Of a stretch of DNA of 64,000 nt, positions 35,987 to 49,143 are shown piece by piece. Each line of letters begins with the position of its first letter. The stretch's first letter is position 1. This stretch comes from Octopus bimaculoides (taxonomy: Eukaryota): NCBI RefSeq assembly GCF_001194135.2, contig NC_068987.1, forward strand, positions 5,382,577 through 5,446,576, written 5' to 3'. The position numbers were made by a program, and so were the translations under genes. The notes below the pieces were generated by a model. It made no database searches and was not told the DNA's origin. It was given only the letters and a program-made list of their open reading frames with translations.

Positions 35987-36960
35987 TTATTACCTCCACC
36001 TTAGCGAAGGCGGAGGTATTGTTTTCAGTCGTGTTTGTCTATCTGTGGACAAGATATCTCAAGAACCGCTGGATGGATTCGAATGAAACTTTCTGGGATG
36101 TTTGGCACGAACTGATTAGATTTTGAGATCGATCCGGTACCGGACAAGGATTTCATATTATTCTTTATATTTACTTTATTTTACATGAAGTATTACGATC
36201 TTACATTCTTTCAAGTCTTTCTCTGCTTATCGCCCTTGAAAGCAAGCTCGTGATTTCACCGTAAGCTATGGTGGCATTGCTCTTTCCAAAGATTTGTTTT
36301 CGTGTTTCTTTTATTAATTTTACTCGCGTCTCTCAAACTATATAAACAAATGGCAGTAAAACCGTTCAGTAATTCAATAACATATTCAGTAACAATAATA
36401 AATTTAATTTATCCCTGACAATTTTTAGTTTTACCAATTTTGAATATATCGTTCCTGTTTAAGACCTCTTACCTACTTGACGATTGCATTTCTAGCTCTG
36501 CCTTTTAAACCTCCGTTAACAGCACCGTATGCAGGTCCTTTCCGTTTTCTTTCACGCACGGATAAATTTTTCCCTATAGACCTTAATGGTCGTAAAGACA
36601 CTATATCAGTGGATAGACTAAAAAAGGCCTTCATAGAGAAAACTGTCCCTGTTCCCACAGCAGACAACACACACACGCAGTACCAGCATGGTAATTAAAA
36701 ACACGGCCGGTACACCCACCTTCACATTCCATGACTACCGTTGGTATCGATCAGGTACCGAACAAGGATTCTGGATTATTTTTCCGTTTTTTTTTACTTA
36801 ATTTTTGAGAGCGGTCGGGTTCATTTTTAGCATTCTCGTTTAATGAGAGCAGTCGAGTTTATTTCAGATATTCTCATTCTAAAAATCATCTCCGGCTAAT
36901 CGTTGAGAGGACGTTAGTGTTGCCTTGGCAGAGGTTTCCACTCTCTGAGTGCTCTTGTTT
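35987..36960 (+). mobile_element. Helentron/HINE-type non-autonomous rolling-circle element with internal insertion
   Basis: 5' TTATTACCTCCACCTTAGCGAAGG; 3' CCTTGGCAGAGGT plus stem-loop CACTC-TCT-GAGTG and a T-rich end. Confidence 0.7.
36490..36740 (+). mobile_element. Gypsy LTR-retrotransposon integrase C-terminal (GPY/F) fragment
   Basis: PPLTAPYAGPFRFLSRTDKFFPIDLNGRKDTISVDRLKKAF matches PL..PY.GP..VL.R..K...I...G....VS.DRLK.A. Confidence 0.85.
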
Positions 36961-37024
36961 TATTTGGTTTGCAAGATTTTTGATGTGAACTCATATGCTG
37001 AAATAGATTTTGTTGTTATCTCGG

Positions 37025-37389
37025 CAGGGTCGTTGTGCCAATAATGATAAACACACCCACTGGTTCTGTTTCACTTCTTTTATTATTATTAGTCAATTTG
37101 TTAACATTTACTCAATTAAATAGTCAACTGATTGATTAATCATTGTGCGAGTCAATCAATCAGTTAGATTTTTGAAAGTCCTTCATTGCTATTCACGGCC
37201 TTTGGGCGTCATCGATAAGGTTGCGAATAGAAACGAAAGGATTTTGAACAAATCCAGCTGATTGACTGTCCGAGTGATTACTCAAACAATCAATTAGTTA
37301 ATTGGTCAAATGTTAACGAATTAACTAATAATAACAAAAGGAATGAAAGAGAACCAGTGCGTATATGTATTCTTTGCATAGTGACCCTC
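37025..37389. mobile_element. Old MITE with long degenerate TIRs
   Basis: CACTGGTTCTGTTTCAC...ATTATTAGTCAATTTGTTAACATTT is inverted at 37305-37359. Confidence 0.65.
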
Positions 37390-37754
37390 CCGAAATACAA
37401 CACTTTCAGTTAAAGATGTTTTTAAGATTTGTTCTTCAATTTTATTTTCAAAGCTGACGTACTCTGGGGGTTTCTTTCATGGTGTCTTTTCACTGCTTTT
37501 GTCGACCTAACATACTCGTCTCCCTTTACTGATCGACGTCGCACACAACGTGAACTTTTGTTTGAATGTGAGATTTTCTCTCTTGTGGATTATGTCTACC
37601 ACAACAGATGATGCCACGAGGATAAATCTGCTAAATGACCAAACTTATCCTTCCCTAGAAGCAAGGGTTTCGCTTTCAAATGAAGAATTATAAAATAAAT
37701 TTCTCGAAAGGGCTGGGTAGGACTTTGGTGTTATCTTTTTAAAGTAATCTTTTA

Positions 37755-38110
37755 TCTTTTATCTGTTTTAGTCAGTGGACTGTGGCCATGCTGGGGCACC
37801 GCCTTGATAGGTATCAGTCGAACAAATCGATCCCAATATTTATTTTAAAGTCTGGTAGTTACTCTATAGATCTCTTTTGCCGAACCGGTGATTGGGATGT
37901 CAATAAACCAACACTGGTTGTCAAATGGTAGCAGGAGGACAAACACAAAGATACCCTTCCACACAAATATGACGGGTTTCCACACAGTTTCCGTCTACAA
38001 ATCCACTTTGAAGGCATTAGTCAGTTCGGAGCTAAAGCAGAAGACAATTGCCCAGACTGCAGCGTACTGGAATTGAACTAGAATCCATGCGGTTACAGAG
38101 TGAGCTTCTT
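37755..38110 (-). mobile_element. SINE family 1, diverged
   Basis: Recognisable tail, core and head. Confidence 0.75.
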
Positions 38111-38344
38111 AACTACTCATGCCTCTTAAGCATGCCATGAAGTTGCTCTTAAAGTGGATTAGAACTCATAATCTATTTGCTATAAGCAATATATTTCTTG
38201 TAAATTCAATGGTTTATTGAACGAGTGAGACAACTTGAATAAGCGGCCAGGTGATTTTATAATGAATTTGACTCTATTGTCAGTATTGATTCCTCGTATT
38301 TGATCACTAAATGTTCCGTTGTTATTCTTAAACTTGTTACAAGG

Positions 38345-38732
38345 CAGTTGTGTTGGCACTTCGTCGCTTATGACATCGAGGGTTCCAGATGATTCGACCT
38401 ACAAAACAGCCTGTTCGTGAAATTAACGTGCAAGTGGCTGAGCACTCCACAGACACGTGTACCCTTAACGTAGTTCACGGGGATATTCAGCGTGACACAG
38501 TGTGACAAGGCTGGCCCTTTGAAATACAGGCACAACAGAAACAAGAAGTAAGAGTGAGAGAAAGTTGTGGTGAAAGAGTACAGCAGGGTTCGCCACCATC
38601 CCCTGCCAGAGCCTCGTGGAGCTTTAGGGGTTTTCGCTCAATAAACACTCACAACGTCCGGTCTGGGAATCGAAACTGCGATCCTTTGACCGCGAGTCCG
38701 CTGCCCTAACCACTGGGCCATTGCGCCTCCAC
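38345..38732 (-). mobile_element. SINE family 3
   Basis: Reverse complement of the 61205 family; head GGCGCAATGGCCCAGTGGTTAGGG...GTTTCGATTCCC. Confidence 0.85.
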
Positions 38733-38809
38733 AAGGCAATAACCTCAACTAAACAAACTCGCTCACACACATATACACACACATGCACACAATTATATTG
38801 AATGTCGAT

Positions 38810-39045
38810 AAATTAAGTACCAGTTACGTACTGGGGTCGATCTAATCGACTAGCTCCCTCCCCTAAAAATTCGGTCTTGTGCCTAGAATAGAAAAGATTA
38901 TTGTTTAAGTTCAAATTCCGCCGAGGTCGTTTTTGCGTTTCATCCTTTCGAGGTCGATAAATTAAGTACCAGTTTCGTACAGGGGTCGATCTAATCGACT
39001 GGCCCCCTCCCCCAAAATTTCGGGCCTTGTGCCCAGAGTAGAAAG
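38810..39045 (+). mobile_element. SINE family 2, tandem partial copies
   Basis: GTCGATAAATTAAGTACCAG...GTGCC.AGA.TAGAAA present twice. Confidence 0.85.
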
Positions 39046-39409
39046 AATATATTTTGTAATATAATATGATTGCCTAACGAAATACTGTTCCCTACTGGCC
39101 ATTAAAAAGTAAAGGTAGTTCCTACACCCTTAGGGCTGCTTACACGGTTTCCATGGAGTAAAGGTGATCGAGATCCCTATATTCAACCTCAACGGAACGC
39201 CAGCCTGTTGTAAAGTTAGTTATTTACATTAGAGCAACGTAAAATGAAGCGTTTTGTTCAAGATCGCAACGTATTGCTCGACCCGGGAATCGAAACTACG
39301 ATCTTTCGATCGTGAGGGCAGCAACCTACATTCCTTCACATTCATGTGGAACTATAAAACATATCGAAGCAGGATAGGAAATGTGATAAAACATTGTTTT
39401 ACCTAGTTC

Positions 39410-39596
39410 ATGTGGGAGGAGTAGTAATAGTAGTAGTGGTGGTGGTGGCATTAATAGAAGTGGTGGTAGACATAGTAGTAGTGGTAGTGGTAGTGGTCGT
39501 GGTGGTTGTAGTAGTAATAGTAGTAGTTGTAGTAGTGACATCATCATTATCACCACCACCACCACCACCACCACCAAAACCACCATTACCACCACC

Positions 39597-39647
<51 letters not shown>

Positions 39648-39660
39648 GGCAGCAGCAACA
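39410..39660. repeat. (GTA/GTG)n-(CAC)n-(CAT)n compound microsatellite
   Basis: Direct reading. Confidence 0.9.
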
Positions 39661-41014
39661 CAGTAGGAGTGGTCTTATTTTATATTTAGTATTGAAACCG
39701 TGTCAAAAAGGATCCTCGGGGAGTTGTTGTTTTGTAATGGACGCTTTTAGTTTTCTTTTATATTTTAGTTTATATTTTTAGATTTATTTATTTATTTATT
39801 CTTGCTAAGACTGGATTCTGAATTTATTTATTCATACTGCGTAAATATTCCGAATTCAATAGATACGTGACGATGTGTGTGTGTGTGTGTGTGTGTGAAA
39901 ATGTCACTCGTCGGCGAATCGAATAGACATATTTCTATCAGTTTCGTCTCCCACTTGTACTAAATCCAATAAAATGCGCAGCGAGTTGGCGGAGTCAGTA
40001 GAGTGTCAAGGAGAATCCCTTGCGCTCTTTGTTTCAGCTCTTAACGTTCAGAGTTCATTTTTCGCCGAAATCAACCTCAATCTTTCGACTTTCTTTGGGT
40101 CGATAAATGGAGTACCAGTCAGTTACTGGGACCTTTATTTGTTGTTGTTGTTGTTGTCGTCGTCGTCGTTGTTGTTGTTCTTCTTTTTCTTGTCTCTCGA
40201 TCGATTTCTGTCTGCCTGCCTGCCTGCCTGCATCTCCCACCTCTTTCTAAAAACTGGCTACGTTGCAGAACACAGGACTTGAACGGACCGGAGTAGGGTT
40301 CGGGAGCCCTGTTATAAGCTACCCAAGAAACTTTCTATACATGGTTGGCTAAATCTGTAGGTTGTATACCACCATCATCATCATCATTATCATCATCATC
40401 ATCGTCGTCGCCGCCGCCATCGTTTTTGCTATCGTCATCATCATCATCGTCATCATCATTACTTGTCACTTACCTGTCTTATCTGTGATGAACGTAACCA
40501 ATTAATCCTTCTGGTTACATCTATCTGTCAATTAGGATGGAAAAATAAACTTGACTTATGATAATCTAATCTCTCACAAAGAAGACGGTGGAAGAGTAGA
40601 GTGAAACAGTTACAGCTACAAAGAACCGAAGCTAAGGTTGTCGACTCGTTTCACAGAAAGCGAACGTTATTAACAGTATTTAATGTTATTCTGTTCATTT
40701 TACTAAAATTAGTCGTCCTCGTGACATTACATATAAAGTATTGGAGAAAAAGAGTCATAAGGTAATAGTTGGATAAAAAGGCTGTAATTTCTTCAAGAAA
40801 GTGCAGCAAAAATTATTAATTATATAAAAAAAAAGCAACCCAGAATGACACAAATCTTTTGAAAAGAAATATCCGTATTGTGTAAGCGCTTTCGCTGTTA
40901 ACAGCTTTTCAAACACACGTCATGAGTTAATCTGTATAAAAGGAGTTTTTTTTTTTTAGTAGCTGTGTTTACTATTTACTGTTTTGTTTCGGATTCAGAA
41001 ATATAATAAAGTAT

Positions 41015-41400
41015 TCATCTTTTAGCCTTTCGTAGTTGAAAATTTTCATCTTTATTTTGAAAATAAAAAGGAAATATTCGAACTTTTCCATTTGCACAAA
41101 TGTCTAAATGCTCCTTACATGGAACATTTCTAAGATGAATGTTTGATTTGTTGCTTATGTACCCTAACCCGATGTATTGATTTTGATCTGGCTTGGCCGA
41201 TGTAATCCTCATTGCATTGAAGGCATGTGATGCAGTAAATGAGATCTTTTGTTTTGCATTTCATATTTACATTAACCTTGCGCATCCTAACGGATAGCCA
41301 ACTCTGCTCATGCATTATCTAACTGTTAACTGGTGGAGTTATGTTTTCAGTAATTTTAATATCTTGCTCACTGATACCACTCAGTTCTGATGATTATGTA
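41015..41400 (-). mobile_element. Penelope-like element GIY-YIG endonuclease remnant
   Basis: MKCKTKDLIYCITCLQCNEDYIGQ....HRVRVHKQQI, then a frameshift to EHLDIC...IFPFY: PLE GIY-YIG pattern C...N.IY.I.C..C...YIG.T. Confidence 0.85.
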
Positions 41401-42574
41401 CTGTTGAACTGTTGACTCTTTGGTTGTCAGCGCTACACCGTTTCGTCTCAAATCACTTCTACTATTTTAAATTTCCGAATCAAGCTGCTCTTCTTATCGG
41501 TCAGTCATCGATCAGTTCCAGTAGCATCTCAGATTTTAAATGAAAAGAGTTCACTGCCGGTACCTCGCTCATCTTTCTTTTCTTAAAAAAAGGGATGCTG
41601 TGTTTCCTTCACGACTCTTGTCACAGTGCAACATAGAATATCCCGAGAGGAAAAGAGAAAAAAAGGGATAGAGATAGCTAGATAGACAGAAAGATATATA
41701 TATATATATATANNNNNNNNNNNNNNNNNNNNNNNNNNNNNNNNNNNNNNNNNNNNNNNNNNNNNNNNNNNNNNNNNNNNNNNNNNNNNNNNNNNNNNNN
41801 NNNNNNNNNNNNNNNNNNNNNNNNNNNNNNNNNNNNNNNNNNNNNNNNNNNNNNNNNNNNNNNNNNNNNNNNNNNNNNNNNNNNNNNNNNNNNNNNNNNN
41901 NNNNNNNNNNNNNNNNNNNNNNNNNNNNNNNNNNNNNNNNNNNNNNNNNNNNNNNNNNNNNNNNNNNNNNNNNNNNNNNNNNNNNNNNNNNNNNNNNNNN
42001 NNNNNNNNNNNNNNNNNNNNNNNNNNNNNNNNNNNNNNNNNNNNNNNNNNNNNNNNNNNNNNNNNNNNNNNNNNNNNNNNNNNNNNNNNNNNNNNNNNNN
42101 NNNNNNNNNNNNNNNNNNNNNNNNNNNNNNNNNNNNNNNNNNNNNNNNNNNNNNNNNNNNNNNNNNNNNNNNNNNNNNNNNNNNNNNNNNNNNNNNNNNN
42201 NNNNNNNNNNNNNNNNNNNNNNNNNNNNNNNNNNNNNNNNNNNNNNNNNNNNNNNNNNNNNNNNNNNNNNNNNNNNNNNNNNNNNNNNNNNNNNNNNNNN
42301 NNNNNNNNNNNNNNNNNNNNNNNNNNNNNNNNNNNNNNNNNNNNNNNNNNNNNNNNNNNNNNNNNNNNNNNNNNNNNNNNNNNNNNNNNNNNNNNNNNNN
42401 NNNNNNNNNNNNNNNNNNNNNNNNNNNNNNNNNNNNNNNNNNNNNNNNNNNNNNNNNNNNNNNNNNNNNNNNNNNNNNNNNNNNNNNNNNNNNNNNNNNN
42501 NNNNNNNNNNNNNNNNNNNNNNNNNNNNNNNNNNNNNNNNNNNNNNNNNNNNNNNNNNNNNNNNNNNNNNNNNN

Positions 42575-42746
42575 NGAGAGAGGGAGAAAGAGAAGGGAGA
42601 GAAAGAGAGAAGAGGGAGAGGGCAGGAGAGAGGGAGAGAAAGACTCGCTGAAATTTGTCAATTGAACACTATTGACGCACACACTTTCCTTTTCCTCATA
42701 CACATAAAGAGAAATACGTTCACACTCATATACAGAAAGAGAAAGA

Positions 42747-42814
<68 letters not shown>

Positions 42815-42930
42815 AAGAAAGGGTAGAAGAGAAAGCCAGAAAGAGAGAGATAGAGTGAGCAAGAGAAAGAGAGAGAGAATGAGAGATAGAGAGAGCAAGA
42901 GAAAGAGAAAGAGAGAGAATGAGAGAGAAA
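42575..42930. repeat. GA-rich microsatellite
   Basis: Direct reading. Confidence 0.9.
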
Positions 42931-43755
42931 AACATTAAAACAAGAAAAACATGAAAATGTCTGATGTCAAATAAGTCAGCGTCGAATCAGCGACGCCCAA
43001 ACATCTCACAGCCCTTATTTTCCGACCCCTGAAAGATATAATGCAAACTCGACATCGACAGGATTTGATCGCTGGAATTTCAAATAACGCAAAAATATTG
43101 TATCCAACATTGCAACGTCTCTGCCACTTCTTTTCCGCCATTACAATTTGATTATCACATATTATTTACAGTTTCCTCTCTACATCGAAATGAATTAAAT
43201 GTTTAAGTGGTTCGATACCTTAAGGAGATGAAACAATTATATACAAATAAAAACATCAGAGAAAAACATACACGCAAAAAAAGAACAACAACGGGAAACC
43301 AGATTGAATACTATAATAATAATAATAATAATCGAATTTTCTTTCGAGGGTTTGCAAAGTTTATATGAATAACGAAATATAGTAGTTCCCAGAAGGTTTT
43401 TTTGTTCTTCATAGGATTATTATTATTATTATTGTTATTGTTATTATTATTATTATTATTAATTTCATTATTATCATTGTTAAAATGTCGCTTCTAAGCA
43501 TCATTATTTCTCCGTATCTATCTTATTACGTCAGAGGAAGCAAATGAAAGAAGTATATCTGTTCTATATATATATAGAGAGAGATAGATAGATAGATATG
43601 TCTATGGCATCTATATTTAATCTAACTGAGTTACGGAGATATTACGAATGATTATACTTTAAAGCTTCTGATGTACACCCGAAAAATGTCTGTAAATCGT
43701 TACTGAAATTTATACATACATATTCTTCTCAAAATATATGCATTCTTATAAGAGC

Positions 43756-43796
<41 letters not shown>

Positions 43797-43798
<2 letters not shown>

Positions 43799-44074
43799 CA
43801 ACCGATAAAAAGAATACAGTGAACTTGCCTTGGTGAGTGGAAAATCCAACGTTTCGGACAGAATCCTTCTTCAGTGAAAATTGAAAGGGGAGAAATTTCT
43901 GGATGTGTTCCGTATCAGTTGCAGTATTTTTTTTTTAAACTTCGAGGATGTAAAAACTCTGCTGTGTCTCATTAGTTTCTCTCCTTTTAACTGTTTCGCT
44001 GAAGATTTTTGTCCGAAACGTTGGCTTTTCCATCATCCGTAACAAGCTCACTGTACTCTTTTTATCGATCTTAC
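43797..44074. mobile_element. Inverted pair of Penelope-LTR-like ends (about 95-bp arms)
   Basis: CTGAAGA...TGTCCGAAACGTTGG.TTTTCC...CACTGTA.TCTTTTTATCG present on both strands. Confidence 0.6.
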
Positions 44075-44774
44075 CCTATAAGTCTTCACGATGCAGACCA
44101 ACACCAGTTTCTTTAGAGTTTGTTTGATCATATATATATGCATATATGACTGTATAAGTGTATATGTGTTTGTAAAATGCATACATGGGAGCTATAAAAA
44201 ATGATTCAGTAATTATAATACAGCTCTACAAATAGGATATAACGCTGTCTCTAGTCCGATATATATACAATATACATTAATAATTCGCATACAATTTATG
44301 AAATATTCAAATTTGGATTTCTTTTTTTTTGTTATCCATTCGTTCATTTCATTTCATTTTTATATAATTTCATTTTTTTTAATAAGAAATTAATTTTCTT
44401 TTATTATGTCATATCAGTTATTGGAGAAATTAGATCCTCGTGAAGTGAATTTGCAAAGATTTCGATCAGTTCTTTCGATAGAAAACCAAGTGAAAAAAAA
44501 AGAAGAAAAAAGCAGAACCAGAGAAGGTGGTGTGTTGTTTAAGATGTCAGCCTATTATTTACTTGTTCTAAGGAATAAAGTGACTACCGTAATGAAGAAT
44601 TGCCCTCGGAGCCTGCGTGATTAGCCAGGCAACAATATTTGAATTCGTCTTGGTCTCCATCTGATATCGCTGCTTTGATATCTTGCTCGTTCACACACGT
44701 TAGTCACGGAAATGAACGAACAAGATGGCTTACTATGTGTTTGTTCTTACTATCTTTATTTTTTCTTTATCTTT

Positions 44775-44993
44775 TATTTATTGACGTCATTGGAATGCGG
44801 CCATGCTGGGGTACCGCCCTGAAGAGTTTTGTCGAACACATTGACTCCCAGTACTTATTTTCAAAGCCTGGTTTTTACTTTATCGGTTTCTTTGCTGAAC
44901 CGCTATGTTACGGGGACGTAAACAAACCAGCATCAGTTGTCAAGCAGTGGAGAAAACAAGACACAAACACCACTCACTCACTCACTCACTCAT

Positions 44994-45079
<86 letters not shown>

Positions 45080-45230
45080 TGGGCTTCCAAACAGTTTCCG
45101 TCTACCAGATTCACTCCCAAGGAATCTGTCGTCCTGGGGCTATAGCAGAAGACGCCCAAGTTGCCGCGTAGTGGAACCGAACCCAAAGCTACGTGGTCGC
45201 AAAGCGAGCTTCTCCACTCCACTGCCATGC
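44775..45230 (-). mobile_element. SINE family 1 with expanded (CA)n
   Basis: Reverse copy; (CA)n at 44995-45077. Confidence 0.85.
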
Positions 45231-45579
45231 CTGTGCCTCTTACTATAGAATAAGATAATTAGTACATCTAGTAATTACACATTAAGATAGTTGCTAGTCA
45301 GGCAATCAATGCCATTGGCTTCTACATGATACACATCAATTCTGACGTCTCTGCTGAAATTTCCCGTCCACTCACAAACAAAATGATTGTGCATATGTAT
45401 GTGTGTTTGTCTACATATGTGAATGCTTGTATGCGTTTGTATGTGTGTGTATGCCAGCTACTGCTGCTCTTGGTCGTTATATGATACAAATTTCGCCACC
45501 TACATATGCTCATTGCTTCAATTTGAAATCCTGGACGATATTCATGACGGCCAAACATTCGCGGCTGATAAAGAACGGC

Positions 45580-45653
45580 GTGAACAGACGACAGATGTGA
45601 ACAGACGACAGTTGTGAACAGACGACAGTTGTGAACAGACGACAGTTGTGAAC
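45580..45653. repeat. 17-bp tandem repeat GTGAACAGACGACAGTT x4.3
   Basis: Units start at 45580, 45597, 45614 and 45631. Confidence 0.95.
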
Positions 45654-46123
45654 GAAATTCATGTCGATTGACGACGAATTATGTCTGCAGCTGCCTGTTC
45701 GCATCTCATTGCATTGCATCAGCTTCTAACGCAAGATTGTCTATTCCGTACAATTTGTCATCCATCTTTTATCGACCTCACCATCCTCCTTTTTCTCATT
45801 GTCGCTCCCAGATGGAGCAATGTTTGGTGCCACCGCAGCTACCATCATCATAATCATAACCAACAGCAGACAGTATAACCATCAGATATCATTATTATTA
45901 CGGTAGCTTCCGTCATCAGCATCCCCGCCATCTTGTGTACCGTCAGCGACATAACGAACGCGATGATGGCTGCTAATCGCTATGACGATCGCCAGCATTA
46001 ACTCTCTTACACTTCTGAGGTTGTAACAAATACTTTTCACTCCTTCTTTTCTCACTCACTCCTCTCCCTCTCTCCCTCTCTTTTCCTTCTTTATTTCTCT
46101 TCTCCCTTTCACACACACACACA

Positions 46124-46167
<44 letters not shown>

Positions 46168-46454
46168 NNNNNNNNNNNNNNNNNNNNNNNNNNNNNNNNN
46201 NNNNNNNNNNNNNNNNNNNNNNNNNNNNNNNNNNNNNNNNNNNNNNNNNNNNNNNNNNNNNNNNNNNNNNNNNNNNNNNNNNNNNNNNNNNNNNNNNNNN
46301 NNNNNNNNNNNNNNNNNNNNNNNNNNNNNNNNNNNNNNNNNNNNNNNNNNNNGCCATCTTTGTTGTCGTTGTTATTACTATTGACGTGACAATTGTCATT
46401 GTTGCATTGTCATAGATAAAACCGGAAACAGTATTTCATCAGCAGTATCATAAC

Positions 46455-46493
<39 letters not shown>

Positions 46494-46534
46494 TAGCACA
46501 ATTATCATCAGAAACATCAATATGAACATAATTA

Positions 46535-46572
<38 letters not shown>

Positions 46573-46900
46573 TAATAATTCTTATTACTACTGTTACACC
46601 CTTCCTTCTCATTTATTCTCAACATCGCCGTTATCGTCGCCGTCGCCGCCATTTTCTTCAACCGCTTCTTCTCCCCACACCTTCCTCCTCTGTATCATCA
46701 TCGTTTCTATTTCTTATATTAATTTACTTCTATTACGTACATAAACCGTGTAATTACTTAGAGTTATTTTTCTGGTTGTTATTACAGAGGATTATATTCA
46801 TTGACTTGTTGATTTATTTGTTTGTTTCTCCTTTTTTTTTTTAAAATTATTCACGTATTTCTCTCCATTTTCTTTTTTTTTTGTTAATGCAAAGGAATTA

Positions 46901-47796
46901 CTAAGAGACGAATGGTCTGATCTTTGTGCTGCGTAACTGCTTTCGTCTTGTGATTAATTCAATCAAGACGAACGAAGCAATCACCACACAAACGGCAAAT
47001 AAGGCAACAGAAAGGGAGACAATCACCGCCACTATATTGCTACTGAGAGATGTGTCGGCAATATGGTGGGCGTCTTTACTTCCTTTCACCGAGAACCGTG
47101 ACGACATCTTAAAGGTGTCTTCATTTTTAACCAACACCGACTGCGACGACAACAGCGGGCCCGATTCGTCGGAAACCGACAAAAGGGTTTCGTTACCGCC
47201 GTTTAACATCTGTTCGTTACAGTTCGACTGCTCACTGCTACCATTTTCTGATGCATTGCGAGACGTGTTTAATTGACACTGCTTATTCAGGGTTGTCAAA
47301 CGCATTCCCAGCACACTAAAACTACTTCGGTCGGCGTCGTAAAGCATTCCATAAGAAGTATTGATTTTAATATCTAAGATCGAATGGTACGTGCCTTGAA
47401 GATTCCCAACTCGTGTAACCGTTACGTTCTCCTGAGTTAGCTTGTAGACGTGAGTAGCTGTTTCGTTGGTGTAATAATCAAGTAAAACTTGTGACGATGG
47501 TTCATCTCCGAGTGTTGACGGACTGACAGCAACCAACGAACTGGCGTTGTGTTGGCTTTTCAGGGAAAAAGCCTGGTAACCTATGTACTGTTCCAACGGT
47601 GGCAAGATGAAGTCGTTCTTGTACATAGTCTGTTGGTCATACGAACTTACATTCGTGATATACATCACTTGGATCGGTTTAACCGATTTTAACATGATAT
47701 AGCATTCATTTAGAAAGTCCAATTGAAGCGCATCTGAGTCTTTGACCATATATGATGCCACTGTGGTTTCCAGGGTAACCGTCACGTTAGTTTCAC
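46901..47796 (-). CDS. Terminal exon of an IgGFc-binding (FCGBP-N)-like type I membrane protein: domain C-half, stalk, TM helix, short basic tail
   Basis: ttttgcag|GT phase 1; LKSVKPIQVMY...ILPPLEQYIGY motifs; TM IVAVIVSLSVALFAVCVVIASFVLIELI followed by TRRKQLR; TAG at 46901. Confidence 0.85.
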
Positions 47797-47883
47797 CTGC
47801 AAAAATAAAACAAAGTTTGTAAATACATAAATAAAATTAGGTAGATAAGGGCTTTTCACTTTTACAAGTTTACTTTAGGTAGC

Positions 47884-47988
47884 GTATTTACTCGTGTATA
47901 AGGCGTATTCGCGTATAATTTGCACTCCAGTTTTTTCACTTAAAATTAAGCATAAAATAGTGCGACTTATACACGAATAAATACTACA
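47884..47988. mobile_element. Short TcMar/pogo-type MITE
   Basis: GTATTTACTCGTGTATAAG ... CTTATACACGAATAAATAC inverted termini. Confidence 0.65.
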
Positions 47989-48218
47989 CACACACACACA
48001 CACACATATGTGTTTAACGTTTTCTTGATGTCCTGTACCCATATATGCATGTATATATACATATAGATGTAGGTATAAACATATATGTATGGATATATGC
48101 ATATGTTTATATATCATTTATATTATGTTTGAGTGTGTGTGTGCATGTGTGTATGTGTGTGTGTGTGAGTATACAAGTATGTATATATGCACATACATAT
48201 ATATGCATAATGTATATT

Positions 48219-48283
<65 letters not shown>

Positions 48284-48344
48284 CTTTCTCTCTTAGTAAG
48301 CAAAAGAGAAAGAGAGAGTGTAAGCAAGAAAGAGACAGAGTGAA

Positions 48345-48412
<68 letters not shown>

Positions 48413-48729
48413 AAAGAGAGACAGAGAGGAAGATATTGAAAGAGAGGGAGCGAAGAGATATAAATGAGACCGCTGGATGAATAAAACTCATTAATCAACA
48501 AATTGAATGAATGCCAGACGACAAATTTTTGCCTTCCCCAGTTGTTGACAGTATTTGCTGACCATTGAGAATATACTTCAACAGTTTCCCATCGTCACGT
48601 GGCTTACCGCATAACATTATTAGCCAATCACAGGTCAGGATATCTTAATGATTTATTTACGACACTCTTTTACGATATTAGCTGCCGCATTGTTTTATGG
48701 CAATCATCTATATTTGATACTGATAACAA

Positions 48730-48862
48730 ATGTATGTATGTATGCATGTATGTATGTATGTATGTATGTATGTATGTATGTATGTATGTATGTATGTATG
48801 TATGTATGTGTGTATGTATGTATGTGTGTGTGTGCGTGCATGTATATGTGTGTGTGTGCCTG

Positions 48863-48925
<63 letters not shown>

Positions 48926-48950
48926 GCCTGTCTATCTATCTGTCTGTCTG
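48730..48950. repeat. (TATG)n-(TG)n-(TCTA)n microsatellites
   Basis: Direct reading. Confidence 0.9.
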
Positions 48951-49065
48951 TCTCTTTTGTTTTACTAACTGGATTGCGGCCATGTTGGGGCTCCGCCTTA
49001 GCCGTACAAATTAATCCCAGTAGTTATTTTTCTTTTAAAATCTGGTACTTTTTCTATCGGTCGTC

Positions 49066-49140
<75 letters not shown>

Positions 49141-49143
49141 TTA

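Noticed and set aside
39326-39666. Poly-Val/Pro/Ser/Met ORFs
   Set aside because: Trinucleotide repeat translations.
44590-44715. Minus-strand peptide DQDEFKYCCLANHAG resembling an Ig F-strand motif
   Set aside because: Spacing is off, it is flanked by stops, and there is no acceptor.
45580-45653. CRISPR-like array (also 57161-57650 and 21980-22330)
   Set aside because: No unique spacers, no cas genes, eukaryotic context.
46926-47276. Plus-strand ORFs at 46926-47276 and 56359-56595
   Set aside because: Antisense shadows of the real minus-strand exons.
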